NCBI RefSeq assembly: GCF_031769215.1
Contig: NW_026782771.1
Location: 434,001-498,000 of the forward strand
Length of the DNA: 64,000 nt
Source: Ylistrum balloti
Lineage: Eukaryota
Direction of reading: 5' to 3'
A program made the translations under genes and the position numbers. This document shows positions 1-10,180 of the stretch, one piece after another. Position 1 is the first letter of the stretch. Each line of letters begins with the position of its first letter. The notes beneath the pieces are model-generated. The model saw nothing but the letters and a program-made list of their open reading frames with translations. It searched no databases and was not told the origin of the DNA.

Positions 1-292
1 TTGTTATTGTATAGTGTTGTTTACACCTGCAATAATGCATTTCAAACTTATTTTATTTTCTACCTATTCAGCATTTTCGATAGTCTGGAACGAAAACGAT
101 ATCTTACAATTTCATGTGATTTTCTGCTGAAAACTAGTTACATTCCGCGAAGGTAATGGCACTTATGTGACTTTAAAATATTCGACAGTACAAATGAAAT
201 AATGCTCTTGTAAATAAAATCAATGATACAGAAAATATGTTAACTATGAAAGAAGGACAAAACAAAGCACATTGAAGTAACGTGTTTCAAAG

Positions 293-560
293 GACCGTGA
301 TAGCTCAGTTGATAGAGGGCTGGATTGAGGGGCGTAGTTCCGACACTTCTAACAAGTATGTGTTTATCAGGGAGACGAGAAACGGTCCGCCTGTACAGTC
401 ATGATTGTGTGTTTAGGCGAGACCTTTTACCCTTACTATTTTGACTGCGACGTGCCTCCCGTATGTTATTCAGTGACGTAGCTGCAATTATCACAAGGGA
501 CTCCGCCTTAAAAATGACCACGGCTTGTCATGGGGAGGTAAACCAAGAATAAGCTTCATC
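293..560 (+). mobile_element. tRNA-derived SINE copy (family unnamed)
   Basis: tRNA-like 5' head with A-box-like TAGCTCAGTTGATAGAG (301-317) but no complete cloverleaf. The central segment 446-526 aligns by eye to a second copy at 42776-42855. The 3' boundary is approximate. Confidence 0.6.
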
Positions 561-965
561 ACGTTAAAATCTGTGATGACTGATTTTTACTGTCATCGTG
601 TTGGTTTAGGCGGTAACGCAGCAATGCGACAGTTTGACTAAAGTTTCCCAACAATGTGACACACATATGGTTTTTGACAGAGTACTTTTTGTAGCGTTTA
701 AACTGGACAAGAAAATGTATACCTCGCCATTTCTATATACATTTACATTGTGTATATTTGTCAGGTCATAACTTTGTCAATACCAATACTTGGCCACTCT
801 CGTTTATCTAACACTCATCGGAAAGACAAAGCATTTCTCTTAAAGTTTATGTATATGTTACTTATATCTACAGACGTTGAAATATAATATAATTAAAAAG
901 GATATGTTTCCCTTCTCGTAAGTTCCATCCCTTGTCGCTATGATACATACAATGGTATATATCGA

Positions 966-1345
966 CCGTGGGTTAGGGATTCGTATCAATCCACTGTGTC
1001 ACTTCAATACATAGATAGACCGTGGGTTAGGGATTCGTGTCAAGTCCCTGTGTCACTATAATACATATATATACCGTGGGTGAGGGATTCGTATCAATCC
1101 ACTGTGTCACTACAATACATAGATATACCGTGGGCGAGGGATTCTTGTCAAGTCCCTGTGTCACTATAATACACACATATATACATACCGTGGGTTAGGG
1201 ATTCGTGTCAAGCCCCTATGTCACTACAATACATAGATAGACCGTGGGTTAGGGATTCGTGTCAAGTCCCTGTGTCACTATAATACATACATAGACCGTG
1301 GGTTGTGGATGCATGTTAAGTCCCTGTTCAGTGACATATACACTG
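966..1345. repeat. 54-bp minisatellite, 6 copies plus a degenerate 7th
   Basis: CCGTGGGTTAGGGATTCG... restarts at 966, 1020, 1074, 1128, 1188, 1242 and 1296. Confidence 0.95.
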
Positions 1346-1858
1346 TTTACAAATCGACAGAACATTTCCTCTGAATTATATTCCTATCTACAACGTTATG
1401 CAATAATTGATAAAAGTCGATTCGACCACTCCTTGGTTAAAACTTGGTCAAGATCAATAGATGTGCGAAAGTTTCTTTCTAATAATTAAAAAAGAAACAA
1501 ACACTGAGTAATGATAGGTCTCCTGCCAAAAAATTAGTAGTTTTAATAATGGACTATTACCTAAAAGGAGCTGTCTCGATCTTGCTATCGTCTCTTTCGA
1601 AACCATATCTAGATATCTAGATCTTGTTGAAATGGACCGTTAAAACTATTGTTAATATTAGTTTACGCTCAATTGCATGTAAAACTCAATCTTGTTATGC
1701 TTCGAAAAAGAAATAATTCAACTGCGGTGAGTACTTAAAATTATATTCATTAATTGCACATTGCCGACTAATCTGATCATATAAACAAAATCCAAAGCAG
1801 GAGGTAGTAGCGTCTTGTTTGTTTATTCATTATGATTTCTAATTTTAGCGTACGTGAA

Positions 1859-1910
1859 ATCTCGCGAGATTGGTTGCGAGGGCCATGACGTGACAATACA
1901 TATGACGTCA
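1859..1910 (+). promoter_or_regulatory. Promoter motif cluster (CGCG element, inverted CCAAT, CRE)
   Basis: Palindrome ATCTCGCGAGAT 1859-1870, ATTGG 1869-1873 and TGACGTCA 1903-1910, followed by consensus donors AAG|GTAAGT at 2010 and TGG|GTAAGT at 2098. Confidence 0.6.
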
Positions 1911-2083
1911 TTGCTATTGTCGCCCCACCATCGTTTCCTGCCTGCTGCGTGATTTACATGTAATGTAAGGAGATGCTGTAAATTTCACGTACGTACTCAT
2001 TGTCACAAGGTAAGTAAAACAGATTTAACGGAGATTTACAACAGAAGAAAACCTCTACATGTGGTAACTCCTACTAAAGAACA

Positions 2084-2097
2084 ATGCCGGTTTTTGG
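2084..2097 (+). CDS. Candidate distal first coding exon of the tektin gene (MPVFG)
   Basis: ACAATG CCG GTT TTT GG|GTAAGT is a phase-2 donor matching the phase-2 acceptor at 33625; no other gene was seen in between. No transcript evidence. Confidence 0.45.
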
Positions 2098-2178
2098 GTA
2101 AGTCTAATCATTATGTGTTTATAATGGAATTTCTTGCACATTCTTTCATGCATGACTTTTATAATATACACGTCCTAC

Positions 2179-2230
2179 TGTGTGTGTGAGTATGTGTGTG
2201 CATGTGTGTGTGAGGGTGTGTGTGTGTGTG
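2179..2230. repeat. Imperfect (TG)n microsatellite
   Basis: Direct inspection. Confidence 0.9.
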
Positions 2231-2572
2231 TTTATTGTGTGCAACTTTTCGCAAGAAATTATAGGCGTTTGTTTTCAAATGATGCAATCTCCGCTGAAGA
2301 TTATATGTTATAAGTTTACCGGTGCATGACAGAGCATAATATTAACCGTGAAGTCAATGTGATTTTGTCATTTGAAGCCAAATATTAATCTAGTAGTGTT
2401 TGACAAAGGAATACTTGTTAGAAACATTTCTGTACGATCATTTGGGTAAATGATATTGTAGTACATAGATTCTGAGGCGATTATCACTTGGAAGGAAGCT
2501 GTTTAACCTGACATTTGTGAAATGTGGGTATCGGAATAAATAAAAGCGTTCCCCTGTCTTGTTGATGTCCCC

Positions 2573-2680
2573 TAGTAGTAGTTGTAGTAGTAGTAGTAGT
2601 GGTAGTAGTGGTAGTAGTAGTAGTTGTTGTAGTGGTAGTAGTAGTGGTAGTAGTAGTGGTAGTAGTGGTAGTAGTTGTTG
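2573..2680. repeat. (TAG/TGG/TTG)n trinucleotide microsatellite running into an assembly gap
   Basis: Direct inspection; this explains the poly-V, poly-S and poly-Y ORFs in the track. Confidence 0.95.
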
Positions 2681-2826
2681 NNNNNNNNNNNNNNNNNNNN
2701 NNNNNNNNNNNNNNNNNNNNNNNNNNNNNNNNNNNNNNNNNNNNNNNNNNNNNNNNNNNNNNNNNNNNNNNNNNNNNNNNNNNNNNNNNNNNNNNNNNNN
2801 NNNNNNNNNNNNNNNNNNNNNNNNNG
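2681..2826. other. Assembly gap (146 N)
   Basis: Run of n. Confidence 1.
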
Positions 2827-2829
2827 GAT

Positions 2830-3500
2830 TATACAAGTATGTATGTGAGCAGGCAAGGGAGGGGTTAGTTATTATATTTGAAGGAACTAAGAGCAGATTT
2901 AAAATATGAGGGTGTAACACTAGACGCTAAGTTATGAGGGAAAGAGTTCCATAAAATCTTAACTATTGTACTGGAAAGATTATGGAAAGGAAGGTGACGA
3001 CAGTGTCATCAAATTTCTTTCCAAAATCTTTTTGCAGTTATTAACAAAGCAGGCAGCTCGCCGCTAGACCATCTCAATATGTTTATATCCTTCTTAGGAT
3101 ATGGACCACACTAGCATAGTTTAAACCTCACTAGAGCTTTGAAGGTTTTTCCCTTGGCCTATGATGAGGGAATTTTAAGTTTCGTCCAAAAAAAATTAGG
3201 GAGTTGTTGGTACTATCAGTAATGTTAATAATGTGTGCGCCATACTTCAGGTCGGATGTGATAGACACCCTAGATATTTGGTATGATCAACGTGCTCTAT
3301 TGTCTGGCCTGGCAGCGCGTGCTGGAAGGGTATTACCTTCCTATTTTTTATGTATGGATAAGATTCGACACTTACCAGGATGAAAGGCCATCCTTCATTC
3401 ACCATCCAAGTTTGCAAGAGCATCATCTGAATTAGATGTAACCGATAGATCTATAATTGTATAATTTACAATGAGGTGACAGGTAGTTGGAGATCAGTTG
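2830..3500 (-). mobile_element. Decayed 3' fragment of a CR1/L2-type LINE ORF2 (reverse transcriptase C-terminus)
   Basis: Minus-strand translation with frameshifts and stops gives MAFHPGKC, EHVDHTKYLG, ITSDLKY..HI.NIT..TNNSLIFFGRNLK, KTFKALVR, IEMV*RRAACFVNN and STIVKILWNSFP, in the order expected for LINE ORF2 C-termini. Confidence 0.8.
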
Positions 3501-5754
3501 ATGCTATTTGATATAGGGTGTCGGTTACGCAGCTTCCTGACGCAGTTTCTCGATTCCTTTTCCAAAACTCGTCCAGGTCAGTAGACATTGTAATAACTTA
3601 AGTAAGCTGTAGAAGTTACGGTTATGAGTTGAGATCGGTGGCAACAGGGAATCGTGTCTTCTCCACATCTACATCGAATTTTCATAACTATTTCAATCAA
3701 AACATTTCTGTAATGTTTCGTGTTGAAATATTAATCTCCATTCTTGTAACTTAGATGTCACCATGTTCCGTGTCTGTTGTTGTATTCTCACTAAACAATG
3801 AAGTACCGGATTTTGGTTCAATCTACCCGATGTTACCGTCTCAATCAATATAAATATTGTAAAGGGATACATTTGGGACATGTACACAAACAAGTTGTTT
3901 TTTATTATTGAAATAACCATAAATTCACTAAAATATCGCCTTGACAAGATATTTCTAAACACAGTTTTCAAAGAAATACTTTCATTTCTGTTTTGCGTTT
4001 AGATCTAGTTTGAGCGCACCAATTGTCAAAAAATATTCATTTTTCAGTACAAATAGGTGTATTTTTCATGTACTGTGAAATGATCGTGTAGTTAAACAAG
4101 TGAAATGTCAATATTGAGGTCCACACACAAGTTTTTTCAAAATTCCTGTTTCTGAACAACTTAACCGGAGAAAAGGTATTTAACTCAAGCATATGCCTTG
4201 TGTAAATTGCTTGTGCAGTATATATGACCGAAATTGTTTCTTTCTGTCAATGTTAAAACAGTTATCTCCCTTCATTTGTGTATGCCCTTACAGAGAGGTA
4301 CTTGGTTTGTACAGGGTTCTTCTTTTCTTCGTTGTTTTAACAATTTATTTTAATTGTCAGATAAAATTTGTCCGCTCATACGAGGCCCCCAATAAGAACA
4401 AGCAACAGGCAGTGAGTGTGGTGTACTTTATTATAAATCCCGACGACAGGAGCCGAAATCATGGATAAAACTGATACCTTCTTAACTAAAATCATTAATC
4501 TGTGTCTATATATTATTTCGTGAGCGTCCATGGTGGCATGTTTTAAAATAATATTTTCAAACATTTTAATATGATTTATCACGTATAAAATCATGAATTA
4601 CCGAGAGGAGTCGCGAGCCTAAATTACATAACGGTGCACACATATTGATTATATTTGCTTGTGTACTTAACAGCAGTCGGACAACAGTAACCGATATAAG
4701 GTACACACACAAGAAACACGCCTAGCCTAACAACACAATTAATTTACTACCATGTACTGAAAACTTAATAGCCATAGATAACACGAATTTCACTGTTATC
4801 AAGAAGGCGACGAGGAAAGAATTGGCCTCAATCAATGATTTGTACAGAGTATGATTAATAATAATTAAATGATAGCCTCGGTATTTTCACTGTAAGCTCT
4901 GCAGGTAATGCGTAAGGTTTGTACCTGTTTTCGCCATTGCATGATAGGTAAGAGGCGACTAAATTAGACAACTGATATTTTTCTTCTTTCTAAACAAGTA
5001 TTTTTACTCATATCGTCTGCGTTGACATTGACACACTTTAGGCATTTAACTAAACGTTCGTCCTGTGAGGAAGGCTTTGGGTTCTGTCTCATGACTGGAC
5101 ACACCAAAGGGATTGCCTATTGTCATTGTAAGTGACCGTGTGGAGTGTCCTGCTCGGATTTTGTTTATATTCCACGTATACTCTCCGTTTTATCGTCTTC
5201 CCTATTCTCTGTTTTATCCTCTATTCGGAATTCTCTGTTTGACCCACCTTTCTATTCCCTATCAATGTCCATTATCCTTTTCCTATTTTCTTCAGCCTCA
5301 TCCTCTTTCTATGATGTTCTCCCTTGGAGTCTGAATGCAATATTCTCTGTTTTATCATCTATTCTATTTTGTTTGTTTGTTTTATCATTTGTCGTATATT
5401 TCTTGTTTTATCTTCTCCTATATCGTCTCTTCATTCTCCTGTATTCTCTGTTTAATCCTCTATCATGTTTATTGTTTTATTTTCTATTCTCTATTTTATT
5501 CTTTTATTCATTTCCTGCTTCATCATCCATGTTTGATCATCTCTGGTATTCTCTGTTTTAACCATTTTAGTATATTTTCTATTTTATCTTTACTTTCTTA
5601 TTCGTTAAACTCTGTCGTATAGTGTCATCCCCTATCCAATCGTCTATTTTACCCTTTTATTTATCATCTGATTCATACTGTATTCTACTCTTATCATTTA
5701 CATATTTTAACCTCTTTTCATTATGTACTGTTTAATTTTCTATATCCTATGTTT

Positions 5755-6850
5755 AATCTTCTCTTTACTCCCTCCTCTCTACCATTCTAATTTACTCCCT
5801 CCTCTCTACCATTCTAATTTACTCTCTCCTCTCTACCATTCTAATTTACTCTCTCCTCTCTTCCATTTTAATTTACTCTCTCTCTACCATTCTAATTTAC
5901 TCCCTATTCTCTACCATTCTAATTTACTCCCTCCTCTCTACCATTCTAATTTACTCTCTCCTCTCTACCATTCTAATTTACTCTTTCCTCTCTACCATTC
6001 TAATTTACTCTCTCCTCTCTACCATTCTAATTTACTCTCTCCTCTCTACCATTCTAATTTACTCCCTCCTCTCTACCATTCTAATTTACTCCCTCCTCTC
6101 TACCATTCTAATTTACTCTTTCCTCTCTACCATTCTAATTTACTCTCTCCTCTTTACCATTCTAATTTACTCTCTCCCCTCTACCATTCTAATTCACTCC
6201 CTCCTCTCTACCATTCTAATTTACTCCCTCTTCTCTACCATTCTAATTTACTCTTTCCTTTCTACCATTCTAATTAACTCTCTCTCTACCGTTCTAATTT
6301 ACTCCATCCTCTCTACCATTCTAATTTACTCCCTCCTCTCTACCATTCTAATTTACTCTCTCTCTCTACCATTCTAATTTACTCCCTCCTCTCTACCATT
6401 CTAATTTTCTCTCTCCTTTCTACCATTCTAATTTACTCTCTCCTCTCTTCCATTTTAATTTACTCTCTCTCTACCATTCTAATTTACGCCCTCCTCTCTA
6501 CCATTCTAATTTACTCCCTCTTCTCTACCATTCTAATTTACTCCCTCCTCTCTACCATTCTAATTTACTCTTTCCTCTCTACCATTCTAATTTACTCTCT
6601 CCTCTTTACCATTCTAATTTACTCTCTCCCCTCTACCATTCTAATTTACTCCCTCCCCTCTACCATTTTAATTTACTCTCTCTTTACCATTCTAATTTAC
6701 TCTCTCCCGTCTACCATTCTAATTTACTCCCTCTTCTCTACCATTCTAATTTACTCTTTCCTCTCTACCATTCTAATTTACTTTCTCCTCTCTACCATTC
6801 TAATTTACTCTCTCCTCTCTACCATTCTAATTTACTCTCTCCTCTGTGTC
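5755..6850. repeat. 27-bp pyrimidine-rich satellite (CTCTACCATTCTAATTTACTCCCTCCT), preceded by TC-rich low-complexity DNA from ~5130
   Basis: Direct periodicity; produces the LYHSNLLPP pseudo-ORF. Confidence 0.95.
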
Positions 6851-9800
6851 ATTCTCATCTTCTCTTTACTCTCTCCTCTGTGCCATTCCAATTTTCTCTT
6901 TACTCTCTCCTCTGTGCCATTCCAATTTTCTCTTTACTCTCTCCTCTCTACCATTCTAATTTACTCTCTACTCCCTCCTCTGTGCCATTCTAATCTTCAT
7001 TTTACTCTCTTCTCTGTGGCATTCGGATATTTTTTCTCTCTTTCCTCTCTGTACCTATCCAATCTTCTCTCTACTCCAACCTCTGTGCCATTCTAATCTT
7101 CTCTTTACTCTCTGTGCCATTCTTACCTTCTCTTCACTCCCTATTCTGTGGCATTCTAATATTTTTTCTCTCTCTTTTGTGTACCATTATAATCTCATCT
7201 TTTACTCCTTCCTCTTTACCATTCTAATTTTCTATTAACCGTCTCCTCTTTGCCATTCTAATCTCCCCTTTATTCCCTCCTCTGTATCTTTCTTATCTTC
7301 TCTTTACTCTCTCTGTACCATTCTAATCTTCTATTTACTCTCTCCTCTGTACCATTCTAATCTCGATACTCTCACCTCTTTGACACTCTTGTCTTTTATC
7401 TTCTCTCTCCTCTGTGCCATTCTAATCTTCTCTTTCCTATCTCCTCTGTGCCATTCTAATCTTCTCTCTACTCTCCCCTCTGTGCCATTCCAATTTTCTC
7501 TTTACTCTCTCCTCTGTGCCATTCCAATTTTCTCTTTAATCTTTTCTCTGTGGCATTCTAATATTTTTCTTTTTCTCTCTCCTCTGTGCCATTCCAATTT
7601 TCTCTTTACTCTCTCCTCTGTGCCATTCCAATTTTCTCTTTAATCTTTTCTCTGTGGCATTCTAATATTTTTCTTTTTCTCTCTCCTCTGTGCCATTCTA
7701 ATCTTCTCTTTACACTCTCCTCTGTGCCTTTCTAATCTTCTCTTTACTCTCTGTGCCATTCTAATCTTCTCTTTACTCCCTCCTCTGTGCCTTTCTAATC
7801 TTCACTTTACTCTCTCCTCTGTACCATTCTCATCTTCTCTTTACTCTCTGTGCCATTCTAATCTTCTCTTTACTCCCTCCTCTGTGCCTTTCTAATCTTC
7901 ACTTTACTCTCTCCTCTGTACCATTCTCATCTTCTCTTTACTCTCTGTGCCATTCTAATCTTCTCTTTCCTCTCTCCTCTGTACCATTCTCATCTTCTCT
8001 TTACTCTCTGTACCATTCTCATCTTCTCTTTACGCTCTCCTCTGTACCATTCTAATCCTCTCTTTACTCTCTCCTCTGTACCATTCTCATCTTCTCTTTA
8101 CTCTCTCCTCTGCGGTATTCTAATCTTCTCTTTACTCTCTGTGCCATTCTAATCTTCTCTTTACTCTCTGTGCCATTCTTATCTTCTCTTTAATCTTTTC
8201 TTTGTGGCATTCTAATATTTTTCTTTTTCTCTCTCCTCTGTGCCATTCTAATCTTCTCTTTACTCTCTGTGCCATTCTAATCTTCTCTTTACTCTCTCCT
8301 CTGTACCTTTCTAATCTTCTCTTTACTCTCTGTGCCATTCTAATCTTCTCTTTACTCTCTGTGCCATTCTAATTTTCTCTCTACTCTCTGTGCCATTCTA
8401 ATCTTCTCTTTACTCTCTCCTCTGTACCTTTCTAATCTTCTCTTTACTCTCTGTGCCATTCTAATCTTCTCTTTACTCTCTGTGCCATTCTAATATTCTC
8501 TCTACTCTCTGTGCCATTCTAATCTTCTCTTTACTCTCTGTGCCATTCTAATCTTCTCTTTACTCTCTGTGCCATTCTAATCTTCTCTTTACTCTCTGTG
8601 CCATTCTAATCTTCTCTTTACTCTCTGTGCCATTCTAATCTTCTCTTTACTCTCTCTGTGCCATTCTAATCTTCTCTTTACTCTCTGTGCCATTCTAATC
8701 TTCTCTTTACTCTCTGTGCCATTCTAATCTTCTCTTTACTCTCTCCTCTGTGCCATTCTAATCTTCTCTTTACTCTCTCCTCTGTACCTTTCTAATCTTC
8801 TCTCTACTCTCTGTGCCATTCTAATCTTCTCTTTACTCTCTGTGCCATTCTAATCTTCTCTTTACTCTCTCCTCTGTGCCATTCTAATCTTCTCTTTACT
8901 CTCTCCTCTGTACCTTTCTAATCTTCTCTTTACTCTCTGTGCCATTCTAATATTCTCTTTACTCCCTCCTCTGTGCCTTTCTAATCTTCTCTTTACTCTC
9001 TGTGCCATTCTAATCTTCTCTTTACTCTCTGTGCCATTCTAATCTTCTCTTTACTCTCTGTGCCATTCTAATCTTCTCTTTACTCTCTGTGCCATTCTAA
9101 TCTTCTCTTTACTCTCTCCTCTGTGCCATTCTAATCTTCTCTTTACTCTCTCCTCTGTACCTTTCTAATCTTCTCTTTACTCTCTGTGCCATTCTAATCT
9201 TCTCTTTACTCCCTCCTCTGTGCCTTTCTAATCTTCTCTTTACTCTCTGTGGCATTCTAATATTTTTCTTTTTCTCTCTCCTCTGTGCCATTCTAATCTT
9301 CTCTTTACACTCTCCTCTGTGCCTTTCTAATCTTCTCTTTACTCTCTGTGCCATTCTAATCTTCTCTTTACTCTCTGTGCCATTCTAATCTTCTCTTTAC
9401 TCTCTCCTCTGTGCCTTTCTAATCTTCTCTTTACTCTCTGTGCCATTCTAATCTTCTCTTTAATCTTTTCTTTGTGGCATTCTAATATTTTTCTTTTTCT
9501 CTCTCCTCTGTGCCATTCTAATCTTCTCTTTACTCTCTGTGCCATTCTAATCTTCTCTTTACTCTCTCCTTTGTGCCATTCTAATCTTCTCTTTAATCTT
9601 TTCTTTGTGGCATTCTAATATTTTTATTTTCTCTCTCCTCTGTGCCATTCTAATCTTCTCTTTACTCTCTGTGCCATTCAGCCTCTAATCTTCTCTTTAC
9701 TCTCTGTCTTCTAATCTTCTCTTTCTCTCTCCTTTGTGCCATTCTAATCTTCTCTTTAATCTTTTCTCTGTGGCATTCTAATATTTTTCTTTTTCTCTCT

Positions 9801-10180
9801 CCTCTGTGCCATTCTAATCTTCTCTTTACTCCCTCCTCTGTGCCATTCTAATCTTCTCTTTACTCTCTCCTCTGTGCCACTCTAATCTTCTCTATACTCT
9901 CTCCTCTGTACCATTCTAATATTCTATTTACTCTCTCCTCTGTACCATTCTAATATTCTTTTTACTCTCTCCTCTGTGCCATTCTAATCTTCTCTTTAAT
10001 CTCTCCTCTGTGCCTTTCTAATCTTCTCTCTACTGTTTGTGCCATTCCAATCTTCTCTCTACTGTCTGTTCCATTCTAATCTTCTCTCTACTCTCTCCTC
10101 TGTACCTTTCTCATCTTCTTTTTACTCTCTCCTCTGTGCCATTCTAATCTTCTCTTTAATCTCTCCTCTGTGCCTTTCTA
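6850..10180. repeat. 29/34-bp pyrimidine-rich satellite (CTCTGTGCCATTCTAATCTTCTCTTTACT[CTCCT])
   Basis: 29-bp period checked at 8521/8550, with a recurrent variant block ...TTTGTGGCATTCTAATATTTT.... Confidence 0.95.

Noticed and set aside
1697-1732. ATG...GCG|GTGAGT candidate exon (MLRKRNNSTA)
   Set aside because: Phase 0, incompatible with the tektin acceptor, and no matching downstream exon found.
2438-2920. ORFs of 89-160 aa with poly-V, poly-S, poly-Y and LLP tracts
   Set aside because: Translations of a trinucleotide microsatellite and an N gap.
5113-9545. LYHSNLL and MAQRVKRR repeat ORFs
   Set aside because: Satellite translations with frequent frameshifts; no splice or domain support.
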